From the NCBI RefSeq assembly GCF_009914755.1, contig NC_060928.1: a stretch of DNA of 64,000 bases. The stretch is one strand, 5' to 3'. Below the pieces are notes generated by a model. It ran no database searches, was not told the DNA's origin, and saw nothing but the letters and a program-made list of their open reading frames with translations. This stretch comes from the human T2T-CHM13v2.0 reference genome, Homo sapiens. This document shows, piece after piece, positions 51,701 through 64,000 of the stretch. Position 1 is the first letter of the stretch; each line of letters begins with the position of its first letter. The translations under genes and the position numbers were made by a program.

Positions 51701-54700
51701 CGTTTTAAAACACTCTTTTTGTGGAATCAGAAAGTGGATATTCGGATGGCTCTGAGGATTTCGTTGGAAGCGGGATTACATATAAAATCTAGAGAGAAGC
51801 ATTCTCAGGAACTTCTTTGTGATGTTTGCATTGAAGTCACAGAATTGAACATTCACTTTGATAGAGCAGGTTTGAAACACTCATTCTGTAGTATCTGGAA
51901 GTGGACATTTCAAGCGCTTTCAGGCCTATGGTGAGAAAGGAAATATCTTCGAATAAAAACTAGACAGAAGCATCCTCAGAAACTTATTTGTGATGTGTGT
52001 CCTCAACTAACAGAGTTGAAACTTTGTTTTGATACAGCATTTTGGAAACACTCTTTTTGTAGAATCTGCAGGTGGATATTTGGATAGCTTAGAGGGATTC
52101 GTTGGAAAGGGGATATCTTCATATAAAATCTAGACAGAAGCATTCTCAGAAACTTATTTGTGATGTGTGTCCTCAACTAACAGAGTTGAACCTTGGTTTT
52201 GATACAGCATTTTGGAAACGCTCCTTTTGTAGAATCTGCAGGTGGATATGTGGATAGCTCTGAAGATTTCGTTGGAAACGGGAATTTCTTCATATAAAAT
52301 CAAACAGAAGCATTCTCAGAAACTTCTCAGTGATGTTTGCATTCAGCTCATGGAGTTGAACACTTCCTTTCATAGAACCGGTTTGAAACACTCTTTCTGC
52401 ACTACCTGGAAGAGGACATTTCGAGCGCTTTGAGTCCTATGGTGAAAAAGGAAATATCTTCTCATAAAAACCAGAAAGAAGCATTCTCAGAAACTTCTTT
52501 GTGTTGTGTGTACTCATGTAACAGTGTTGAACCATCCTTTTGACAGAGCAGTTTTGAAACACTCTTTTTGTAGAATCTGCAAGTGGATATTTGGATAGCT
52601 TTGAGGATTTCGTTGGAAACGGGATGACATATAATATCTAGAGAGAAGCATTCTCAGGAACTTCTTTGTGATGTTTGCATTCAAGTCACAGAATTGAACA
52701 TTCCCTTTCATAGAGCAGGTTTGAAACACTCTTTCTCTAGTATCTGGAAGTGGGCATTTCAAGCGCTTTCAGGCCTATGGAGAGAAAGGAAATACCTTCA
52801 AATAAAAACTAGACAGAAGCATTCTCAGAAACTTATTTGTGATGTGTGTCCTCAACTAACAGAGTTGAACCTTTGTTTTGATACAGCATTTTGGAAACAC
52901 TCCTTTTGTAGAATCTGCAGGTGGATATTTGGATAACTTTGAAGATTTCGTTGGAAACCGGAATATCTTCATATAAAATCAAGACAGAAGCATTCTCGGA
53001 AACATCTCTGTGATGTTTGCATTCAACTCAGTAGAGTTGAACACTTCCTTTCATAGAGCCGGTTTGAAACACTCTTTCTGCACTACCTGGAAGCGGACAT
53101 TTCGAGCGCTTTGAGGCCTATGGTGAAAAAGGAAATATCTTCTCATAAAAACCAGAAAGAAGCATTCTCAGAAACTTCTTTGTGTTGTGTGTACTCAAGT
53201 AACAGTGTTGAACCTTCCTTTTGACACAGCAGTTTTGAAACACTCTTTTGGTAGAATCTGCAAGTGGATATTTGGATAGCTTTGAGGATTTCGTTGGAAA
53301 CGGGTTATCTTCATACAAAATCCAGACAGGAGCATTCTCAGAAACTTCTTTGTGCTGCATGTCCTCAATTCACAGAGCTGAACCTTTGTTTGTTTACAGC
53401 ATTTTGGAAACATTCCTTTAGTAGAATCTGCAAGTTGATATTTAGATAGCTTTGAAGATTTCGTTGGAAACGGGAATATCTTCATAGAAAATCTAGACGG
53501 AAGCATTCTCAGAAACTGCTTTGTGATGTTTGCATTCAAGTCACAGAGTTGAATATTCCCTTTTATAGAGTAGGTTTGAAACACTCTTTCGGCACTACCT
53601 GGAAGTGGATATTTCGAGCTCTTTGAGGCCTATGGTTAAAAGGAAATATCTTCCCATAAAAACTAGACAGAAGCCGTCTCAGAAACTTGTTTGTGATGTG
53701 TGTATTCAACTAACAGAGTTGAACATTTCTGTTACAGAGCAATTTTAAAACACTCTTTTTGTGGAATCTGAAAGTGGATAATTGGATAGCTTTGTGGATT
53801 TCATTGGAAACGGGATGACATATAAAATCTAGAGAGAAGCATTCTCAGGAACTTCTTTCTGATGTTTGCATTCAAGTCACAGAATTCAACATTCCTTTTC
53901 ATAGTGCAGGTTTGAAACACTCTTTCTGTAGTATCTGGAAGTGGACATTTCAAGCGCTTTCAGGCCTACGGGGAGAAAGGAAATATCTTCAAATAAAAAC
54001 TAGACAGAAGGATTCTCAGAAACTTATTTGTGATGTGTGTCCTAAACGAACACAGTTGAACCTTTGTTTTGATACAGCATTTTGGAAACACTCCTTTTGT
54101 AGGATCTGCAGGTGGATATTTGGATAGATTTTAAGATTTCGTTGGAAACGGGAGTTTCTTCATAGAAACTCAAGACAGATGCATTCTCAGAAACATCTCT
54201 GTGATGTTTGCATTCCACTCATAGAGTTGAAAACTTCCTTTCATAGAGCAGGTTTGAAACACTCTTTTTGTAATATTTGGAAGTGGACATTTGCAGCACT
54301 TTGAGGCCTATGGTGAAAAAGGAAATATCTTCTCATAAAAACCAGAAACAAGCATTCTCAGAAACTTCTTTTTGATGTGTGTACTCAAGTAACAGAGTTG
54401 AACCTTCCTTTTGACACAGCAGTTTTGAAACAATCTTTTTGTAGAATCTGCAAGTGGATATTTGGATAGCTTTGAGGATTTCGTTGGAAACGGGATATCT
54501 TCATATAAAATCTAGACAGAAGCATTCTCAGAAACTTCTTTGTGCTGTATGCCCTCAATTAACAGAGTTGAACCATTGGATACAGCATTTTGGAAACATT
54601 CCTTGAGTAGAATCTGCAAGTTGATATTTAGATAGATTTGAAGATTTCATTGGAAAAGGGAATATCTCCATATAAAATCTAGAGGGAAGCATTCTCAGAA

Positions 54701-55198
54701 ACTGCTTTGTGATGTTTCCATTCAAGTCACAGAGTTGAATATTCCCTTTTATAGAGCACGTTTGAAACACTCTTTCTGCACTATCTGGAAGTGGACATTT
54801 CGAGCGCTTTGAGGCCTATGGTGAAAAAGGAAATATCTTCCCATAAAAACTAGACAGAAGCATTCTCAGAAACTTGTTTGTGATGTGTGTATTCAACTAA
54901 CAGAGTTGAACTTTTGTTTTTACAGAGCCGTTTTAAAACACTCTTTTTGTGGAATCAGAAAGTGGATATTCGGATGGCTCTGAGGATTTCGTTGGAAGCG
55001 GGATTACATATAAAATCTAGAGAGAAGCATTCTCAGGAACTTCTTTGTGATGTTTGCATTGAAGTCACAGAATTGAACATTCACTTTGATAGAGCAGGTT
55101 TGAAACACTCATTCTGTAGTATCTGGAACTGGACATTTCAAGCGCTTTCAGGCCTATGGTGAGAAAGGAAATATCTTCGAATAAAAACTAGACAGAAG
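48739..55198 (+). repeat. Two full-length 19-mer HOR copies
   Basis: M1 starts at 48739, 51971 and 55199 (spacings 3,232 and 3,228; 4-bp deletion in M16 near 54578). Confidence 0.93.
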
Positions 55199-58100
55199 CA
55201 TCCTCAGAAACTTATTTGTGATGTGTGTCCTCAACTAACAGAGTTGAAACTTTGTTTTGATACAGCATTTTGGAAACACTCTTTTTGTAGAATCTGCAGG
55301 TGGATATTTGGATAGCTTAGAGGGATTCGTTGGAAAGGGGATATCTTCATATAAAATCTAGACAGAAGCATTCTCAGAAACTTATTTGTGATGTGTGTCC
55401 TCAACTAACAGAGTTGAACCTTGGTTTTGATACAGCATTTTGGAAACACTCCTTTTGTAGAATCTGCAGGTGGATATGTGGATAGCTCTGAAGATTTCGT
55501 TGGAAACGGGAATTTCTTCATATAAAATCAAACAGAAGCATTCTCAGAAACTTCTCAGTGATGTTTGCATTCAGCTCATGGAGTTGAACACTTCCTTTCA
55601 TAGAACCGGTTTGAAACACTCTTTCTGCACTACCTGGAAGAGGACATTTCGAGCGCTTTGAGTCCTATGGTGAAAAAGGAAATATCTTCTCATAAAAACC
55701 AGAAAGAAGCATTCTCAGAAACTTCTTTGTGTTGTGTGTACTCATGTAACAGTGTTGAACCATCCTTTTGACAGAGCAGTTTTGAAACACTCTTTTTGTA
55801 GAATCTGCAAGTGGATATTTGGATAGCTTTGAGGATTTCGTTGGAAACGGGATGACATATAATATCTAGAGAGAAGCATTCTCAGGAACTTCTTTGTGAT
55901 GTTTGCATTCAAGTCACAGAATTGAACATTCCCTTTCATAGAGCAGGTTTGAAACACTCTTTCTCTAGTATCTGGAAGTGGGCATTTCAAGCGCTTTCAG
56001 GCCTATGGAGAGAAAGGAAATACCTTCAAATAAAAACTAGACAGAAGCATTCTCAGAAACTTATTTGTGATGTGTGTCCTCAACTAACAGAGTTGAACCT
56101 TGGTTTTGATACAGCATTTTGGAAACGCTCCTTTTGTAGGATCTGCAGGTGGATATGTGGATAGCTCTGAAGATTTCGTTGGAAACGGGAATTTCTTCAT
56201 ATAAAATCAAACAGAAGCATTCTCAGAAACTTCTCAGTGATGTTTGCATTCAGCTCATGGAGTTGAACACTTCCTTTCATAGAGCCGGTTTGAAACACTC
56301 TTTCTGCACTACCTGGAAGAGGACATTTCGAGCGCTTTGAGTCCTATGGTGAAAAAGGAAATATCTTCTCATAAAAACCAGAAAGAAGCATTCTCAGAAA
56401 CTTCTTTGTGTTGTGTGTACTCATGTAACAGTGTTGAACCATCCTTTTGACAGAGCAGTTTTGAAACACTCTTTTTGTAGAATCTGCAAGTGGATATTTG
56501 GATAGCTTTGAGGATTTCGTTGGAAACGGGATGACATATAATATCTAGAGAGAAGCATTCTCAGGAACTTCTTTGTGATGTTTGCATTCAAGTCACAGAA
56601 TTGAACATTCCCTTTCATAGAGCAGGTTTGAAACACTCTTTCTCTAGTATCTGGAAGTGGGCATTTCAAGCGCTTTCAGGCCTATGGAGAGAAAGGAAAT
56701 ACCTTCAAATAAAAACTAGACAGAAGCATTCTCAGAAACTTATTTGTGATGTGTGTCCTCAACTAACAGAGTTGAACCTTTGTTTTGATACAGCATTTTG
56801 GAAACACTCCTTTTGTAGAATCTGCAGGTGGATATTTGGATAACTTTGAAGATTTCATTGGAAAGCGGAATATCTTCATATAAAATCAAGACAGAAGCAT
56901 TCTCGGAAACATCTCTGTGATGTTTGCATTCAACTCAGTAGAGTTGAACACTTCCTTTCATAGAGCCGGTTTGAAACACTCTTTCTGCACTACCTGGAAG
57001 CGGACATTTCGAGCGCTTTGAGGCCTATGGTGAAAAAGGAAATATCTTCTCATAAAAACCAGAAAGAAGCATTCTCAGAAACTTCTTTGTGTTGTGTGTA
57101 CTCAAGTAACAGTGTTGAACCTTCCTTTTGACACAGCAGTTTTGAAACACTCTTTTGGTAGAATCTGCAAGTGGATATTTGGATAGCTTTGAGGATTTCG
57201 TTGGAAATGGGTTATCTTCATATAAAATCCAGACAGGAGAATTCTCAGAAACTTCTTTGTGCTGCATGTCCTCAATTCACAGAGCTGAACCTTTGTTTGG
57301 ATACAGCATTTTGGAAACATTCCTTTAGTAGAATCTGCAAGTTGATATTTAGATAGCTTTGAAGATTTCGTTGGAAACGGGAATATCTTCATAGAAAATC
57401 TAGACGGAAGCATTCTCAGAAACTGCTTTGTGATGTTTGCATTCAAGTCACAGAGTTGAATATTCCCTTTTATAGAGTAGGTTTGAAACACTCTTTTGGC
57501 ACTACCTGGAAGTGGATATTTCGAGCTCTTTGAGGCCTATGGTTAAAAGGAAATATCTTCCCATAAAAACTAGACAGAAGCCGTCTCAGAAACTTGTTTG
57601 TGATGTGTGTATTCAACTAACAGAGTTGAACATTTCTGTTACAGAGCAATTTTAAAACACTCTTTTTGTGGAATCTGAAAGTGGATAATTGGATAGCTTT
57701 GTGGATTTCGTTGGAAACGGGATGACGTATAAAATCTAGAGAGAAGCATTCTCAGGAACTTCTTTGTGATGTTTGCATTCAAGTCACAGAATTGAACATT
57801 CCCTTTCATAGAGCAGGTTTGAAACACTCTTTCTCTAGTATCTGGAAGTGGGCATTTCAAGCGCTTTCAGGCCTATGGAGAGAAAGGAAATACCTTCAAA
57901 TAAAAACTAGACAGAAGCATTCTCAGAAACTTATTTGTGATGTGTGTCCTCAACTAACAGAGTTGAACCTTTGTTTTGATACAGCATTTTGGAAACACTC
58001 CTTTTGTAGGATCTGCAGGTGGATATTTGGATAGATTTTAAGATTTCGTTGGAAACGGGAGTTTCTTCATAGAAACTCAAGACAGATGCATTCTCAGAAA

Positions 58101-59109
58101 CATCTCTGTGATGTTTGCATTCCACTCATAGATTTGAAAACTTCCTTTCATAGAGCAGGTTTGAAACACTCTTTTTGTAATATTTGGAAGTGGACATTTG
58201 CAGCGCTTTGAGGCCTATGGTGAAAAAGGAAATATCTTCTCATAAAAACCAGAAACAAGCATTCTCAGAAACTTCTTTTTGATGTGTGTACTGAAGTAAC
58301 AGAGTTGAACCTTCCTTTTGACACAGCAGTTTTGAAACAATCTTTTTGTAGAATCTGCAAGTGGATATTTGGATAGCTTTGAGGATTTCGTTGGAAACGG
58401 GATATCTTCATATAAAATCTAGACAGAAGCATTCTCAGAAACTTCTTTGTGCTGTATGTCCTCAATTAACAGAGTTGAACCATTGCTTGGATACAGCATT
58501 TTGGAAACATTCCTTGAGTAGAATCTGCAAGTGGATATTTAGATAGATTTGAAGATTTCGTTGGAAAAGGGAATATCTCCATATAAAATCTAGAGGGAAG
58601 CATTCTCAGAAACTGCTTTGTGATGTTTCCATTCAAGTCACAGAGTTGAATATTCCCTTTTATAGAGCACGTTTGAAACACTCTTTCTGCACTATCTGGA
58701 AGTGGACATTTCGAGCGCTTTGAGGCCTATGGTGAAAAAGGAAATATCTTCCCATAAAAACTAGACAGAAGCATTCTCAGAAACTTGTTTGTGATGTGTG
58801 TATTCAACTAACAGAGTTGAACTTTTGTTTTTACAGAGCCGTTTTAAAACACTCTTTTTGTGGAATCAGAAAGTGGATATTCGGATGGCTCTGAGGATTT
58901 CGTTGGAAGCGGGATTACATATAAAATCTAGAGAGAAGCATTCTCAGGAACTTCTTTGTGATGTTTGCATTGAAGTCACAGAATTGAACATTCACTTTGA
59001 TAGAGCAGGTTTGAAACACTCATTCTGTAGTATCTGGAAGTGGACATTTCAAGCGCTTTCAGGCCTATGGTGAGAAAGGAAATATCTTCGAATAAAAACT
59101 AGACAGAAG
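55199..59109 (+). repeat. 23-mer variant (M1-M5 then M2-M19; +679 bp)
   Basis: The M5 end joins M2 (aaccttggttttg, gatatgtgg) at 56048. M2 starts at 55369 and 56048 are 679 bp apart. Confidence 0.95.
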
Positions 59110-62100
59110 CATCCTCAGAAACTTATTTGTGATGTGTGTCCTCAACTAACAGAGTTGAAACTTTGTTTTGATACAGCATTTTGGAAACACTCTTTTTGTA
59201 GAATCTGCAGGTGGATATTTGGATAGCTTAGAGGGATTCGTTGGAAAGGGGATATCTTCATATAAAATCTAGACAGAAGCATTCTCAGAAACTTATTTGT
59301 GATGTGTGTCCTCAACTAACAGAGTTGAACCTTGGTTTTGATACAGCATTTTGGAAACACTCCTTTTGTAGAATCTGCAGGTGGATATGTGGATAGCTCT
59401 GAAGATTTCGTTGGAAACGGGAATTTCTTCATATAAAATCAAACAGAAGCATTCTCAGAAACTTCTCAGTGATGTTTGCATTCAGCTCATGGAGTTGAAC
59501 ACTTCCTTTCATAGAGCCGGTTTGAAACACTCTTTCTGCACTACCTGGAAGAGGACATTTCGAGCGCTTTGAGTCCTATGGTGAAAAAGGAAATATCTTC
59601 TCATAAAAACCAGAAAGAAGCATTCTCAGAAACTACTTTGTGTTGTGTGTACTCATGTAACAGTGTTGAACCATCCTTTTGACAGAGCAGTTTTGAAACA
59701 CTCTTTTTGTAGAATCTGCAAGTGGATATTTGGATAGCTTTGAGGATTTCGTTGGAAACGGGATGACATATAATCTCTAGAGAGAAGCATACTCAGGAAC
59801 TTCTTTGTGATGTTTGCATTCAAGTCACAGAATTGTACATTCCCTTTCATAGAGCAGGTTTGAAACACTCTTTCTCTAGTATCTGGAAGTGGGCATTTCA
59901 AGCGCTTTCAGGCCTATGGAGAGAAAGGAAATACCTTCAAATAAAAACTAGACAGAAGCATTCTCAGAAACTTATTTGTGATGTGTGTCCTCAACTAACA
60001 GAGTTGAACCTTTGTTTTGATACAGCATTTTGGAAACACTCCTTTTGTAGAATCTGCAGGTGGATATTTGGATAACTTTGAAGATTTCATTGGAAACCGG
60101 AATATCTTCATATAAAATCAAGACAGAAGCATTCTCGGAAACATCTCTGTGATGTTTGCATTCAACTCAGTAGAGTTGAACACTTCCTTTCATAGAGCCG
60201 GTTTGAAACACTCTTTCTGCACTACCTGGAAGCGGACATTTCGAGCGCTTTGAGGCCTATGGTGAAAAAGGAAATATCTTCTCATAAAAACCAGAAAGAA
60301 GCATTCTCAGAAACTTCTTTGTGTTGTGTGTACTCAAGTAACAGTGTTGAACCTTCCTTTTGACACAGCAGTTTTGAAACACTCTTTTGGTAGAATCTGC
60401 AAGTGGATATTTGGATAGCTTTGAGGATTTCGTTGGAAACGGGTTATCTTCATATAAAATCCAGACAGGAGCATTCTCAGAAACTTCTTTGTGCTGCATG
60501 TCCTCAATTCACAGAGCTGAACCTTTGTTTGGATACAGCATTTTGGAAACATTCCTTTAGTAGAATCTGCAAGTTGATATTTAGATAGCTTTGAAGATTT
60601 CGTTGGAAACGGGAATATCTTCATAGAAAATCTAGACGGAAGCATTCTCAGAAACTGCTTTGTGATGTTTGCATTCAAGTCACAGAGTTGAATATTCCCT
60701 TTTATAGAGTAGGTTTGAAACACTCTTTCGGCACTACCTGGAAGTGGATATTTCGAGCTCTTTGAGGCCTATGGTTAAAAGGAAATATCTTCCCATAAAA
60801 ACTAGACAGAAGCCGTCTCAGAAACTTGTTTGTGATGTGTGTATTCAACTAACAGAGTTGAACATTTCTGTTACAGAGCAATTTTAAAACACTCTTTTTG
60901 TGGAATCTGAAAGTGGATAATTGGATAGCTTTGTGGATTTCGTTGGAAACGGGATGACGTATAAAATCTAGAGAGAAGCATTCTCAGGAACTTCTTTCTG
61001 ATGTTTGCATTCAAGTCACAGAATTCAACATTCCTTTTCATAGTGCAGGTTTGAAACACTCTTTCTGTAGTATCTGGAAGTGGACATTTCAAGCGCTTTC
61101 AGGCCTACGGGGAGAAAGGAAATATCTTCAAATGAAAACTAGACAGAAGGATTCTCAGAAACTTATTTGTGATGTGTGTCCTAAACGAACACAGTTGAAC
61201 CTTTGTTTTGATACAGCATTTTGGAAACACTCCTTTTGTAGGATCTGCAGGTGGATATTTGGATAGATTTTAAGATTTCGTTGGAAACGGGAGTTTCTTC
61301 ATAGAAACTCAAGACAGATGCATTCTCAGAAACATCTCTGTGATGTTTGCATTCCACTCATAGAGTTGAAAACTTCCTTTCATAGAGCAGGTTTGAAACA
61401 CTCTTTTTGTAATATTTGGAAGTGGACATTTGCAGCACTTTGAGGCCTATGGTGAAAAAGGAAATATCTTCTCATAAAAACCAGAAACAAGCATTCTCAG
61501 AAACTTCTTTTTGATGTGTGTACTCAAGTAACAGAGTTGAACCTTCCTTTTGACACAGCAGTTTTGAAACAATCTTTTTGTAGAATCTGCAAGTGGATAT
61601 TTGGATAGCTTTGAGGATTTCGTTGGAAACGGGATATCTTCATATAAAATCTAGACAGAAGCATTCTCAGAAACTTCTTTGTGCTGTATGCCCTCAATTA
61701 ACAGAGTTGAACCATTGGATACAGCATTTTGGAAACATTCCTTGAGTAGAATCTGCAAGTTGATATTTAGATAGATTTGAAGATTTCATTGGAAAAGGGA
61801 ATATCTCCATATAAAATCTAGAGGGAAGCATTCTCAGAAACTGCTTTGTGATGTTTCCATTCAAGTCACAGAGTTGAATATTCCCTTTTATAGAGCACGT
61901 TTGAAACACTCTTTCTGCACTATCTGGAAGTGGACATTTCGAGCGCTTTGAGGCCTATGGTGAAAAAGGAAATATCTTCCCATAAAAACTAGACAGAAGC
62001 ATTCTCAGAAACTTGTTTGTGATGTGTGTATTCAACTAACAGAGTTGAACTTTTGTTTTTACAGAGCCGTTTTAAAACACTCTTTTTGTGGAATCAGAAA

Positions 62101-64000
62101 GTGGATATTCGGATGGCTCTGAGGATTTCGTTGGAAGCGGGATTACATATAAAATCTAGAGAGAAGCATTCTCAGGAACTTCTTTGTGATGTTTGCATTG
62201 AAGTCACAGAATTGAACATTCACTTTGATAGAGCAGGTTTGAAACACTCATTCTGTAGTATCTGGAAGTGGACATTTCAAGCGCTTTCAGGCCTATGGTG
62301 AGAAAGGAAATATCTTCGAATAAAAACTAGACAGAAGCATCCTCAGAAACTTATTTGTGATGTGTGTCCTCAACTAACAGAGTTGAAACTTTGTTTTGAT
62401 ACAGCATTTTGGAAACACTCTTTTTGTAGAATCTGCAGGTGGATATTTGGATAGCTTAGAGGGATTCGTTGGAAAGGGGATATCTTCATATAAAATCTAG
62501 ACAGAAGCATTCTCAGAAACTTATTTGTGATGTGTGTCCTCAACTAACAGAGTTGAACCTTGGTTTTGATACAGCATTTTGGAAACACTCCTTTTGTAGA
62601 ATCTGCAGGTGGATATGTGGATAGCTCTGAAGATTTCGTTGGAAACGGGAATTTCTTCATATAAAATCAAACAGAAGCATTCTCAGAAACTTCTCAGTGA
62701 TGTTTGCATTCAGCTCATGGAGTTGAACACTTCCTTTCATAGAGCCGGTTTGAAACACTCTTTCTGCACTACCTGGAAGAGGACATTTCGAGCGCTTTGA
62801 GTCCTATGGTGAAAAAGGAAATATCTTCTCATAAAAACCAGAAAGAAGCATTCTCAGAAACTACTTTGTGTTGTGTGTACTCATGTAACAGTGTTGAACC
62901 ATCCTTTTGACAGAGCAGTTTTGAAACACTCTTTTTGTAGAATCTGCAAGTGGATATTTGGATAGCTTTGAGGATTTCGTTGGAAACGGGATGACATATA
63001 ATCTCTAGAGAGAAGCATACTCAGGAACTTCTTTGTGATGTTTGCATTCAAGTCACAGAATTGAACATTCCCTTTCATAGAGCAGGTTTGAAACACTCTT
63101 TCTCTAGTATCTGGAAGTGGGCATTTCAAGCGCTTTCAGGCCTATGGAGAGAAAGGAAATACCTTCAAATAAAAACTAGACAGAAGCATTCTCAGAAACT
63201 TATTTGTGATGTGTGTCCTCAACTAACAGAGTTGAACCTTTGTTTTGATACAGCATTTTGGAAACACTCCTTTTGTAGAATCTGCAGGTGGATATTTGGA
63301 TAACTTTGAAGATTTCGTTGGAAACCGGAATATCTTCATATAAAATCAAGACAGAAGCATTCTCGGAAACATCTCTGTGATGTTTGCATTCAACTCAGTA
63401 GAGTTGAACACTTCCTTTCATAGAGCCGGTTTGAAACACTCTTTCTGCACTACCTGGAAGCGGACATTTCGAGCGCTTTGAGGCCTATGGTGAAAAAGGA
63501 AATATCTTCTCATAAAAACCAGAAAGAAGCATTCTCAGAAACTTCTTTGTGTTGTGTGTACTCAAGTAACAGTGTTGAACCTTCCTTTTGACACAGCAGT
63601 TTTGAAACACTCTTTTGGTAGAATCTGCAAGTGGATATTTGGATAGCTTTGAGGATTTCGTTGGAAACGGGTTATCTTCATATAAAATCCAGACAGGAGC
63701 ATTCTCAGAAACTTCTTTGTGCTGCATGTCCTCAATTCACAGAGCTGAACCTTTGTTTGGATACAGCATTTTGGAAACATTCCTTTAGTAGAATCTGCAA
63801 GTTGATATTTAGATAGCTTTGAAGATTTCGTTGGAAACGGGAATATCTTCATAGAAAATCTAGACGGAAGCATTCTCAGAAACTGCTTTGTGATGTTTGC
63901 ATTCAAGTCACAGAGTTGAATATTCCCTTTTATAGAGTAGGTTTGAAACACTCTTTCGGCACTACCTGGAAGTGGATATTTCGAGCTCTTTGAGGCCTAT
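59110..64000 (+). repeat. One full 19-mer (3,228 bp) plus a partial copy (M1 into M10) cut by the window end
   Basis: M1 starts at 59110 and 62338; 4-bp deletion in M16 near 61717. Confidence 0.93.

Larger units (their letters stand above)
1..64000 (+). repeat. Alpha-satellite higher-order repeat array (centromeric), ~170-bp monomers, single orientation
   Basis: Alphoid consensus motifs (cattctcagaaactt, agagttgaac, tttgaaacactcttt, gtggatatttgg) recur about every 170 bp from start to end, with either a CENP-B box or a pJalpha-type motif near each monomer end. No non-alphoid sequence seen. Confidence 0.99.

Noticed and set aside
198-63951. About 200 short ORFs (61-129 aa) recurring on both strands
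   Set aside because: They are translations of alpha-satellite monomers, mostly with GTG/TTG starts, overlapping on opposite strands, repeating with the HOR period and freely broken by indels. No recognisable protein family.
1-64000. CRISPR-like pattern of short conserved motifs at regular spacing
   Set aside because: The sequence between motifs is itself repeated rather than unique spacers, the period is ~170 bp, and there are no cas genes.
1-64000. Possible L1/Alu insertion, inversion or non-alphoid island
   Set aside because: Every departure from the 3,232-bp marker spacing is explained by whole-monomer changes or 1-4 bp deletions, and motif orientation never flips.
1-64000. Claim that this window is the CENP-A/kinetochore site
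   Set aside because: Homogeneity and CENP-B boxes indicate a live-type array, but kinetochore position is epigenetic and cannot be read from sequence.

Overview
The whole 64 kb window is primate (very likely human) centromeric alpha-satellite DNA: about 376 head-to-tail ~170-bp monomers in one orientation, with no gene, RNA gene, transposon insertion or inversion visible. Monomers form a highly homogeneous 19-monomer, 3,232-bp higher-order repeat (HOR) rich in CENP-B boxes, best matching the chromosome 4 live array D4Z1 (S2C4H1L, suprachromosomal family 2). I number monomers M1-M19 locally from the unique 'catcctcag' monomer (reference copy 5542-8773); this is not the published numbering. All listed ORFs are translations of satellite DNA. 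I found no new gene-based system. What is worth a second look is the recorded history of the array: a 7+7+5 architecture inside the HOR; structural variants (14-mer, +7-mer twice, 6-mer twice, +4-mer); nested multi-kb duplications (4,423 bp, ~4,248 bp, offsets of 10,886 and 7,139 bp); a length-neutral out-of-register conversion tract near 57.8 kb; breakpoints concentrated at the M5/M6 boundary; a HOR-haplotype switch near 41 kb; and local loss and gain of CENP-B boxes. All alignments were done by eye using the ORF track as position markers, so variant lists may be incomplete.
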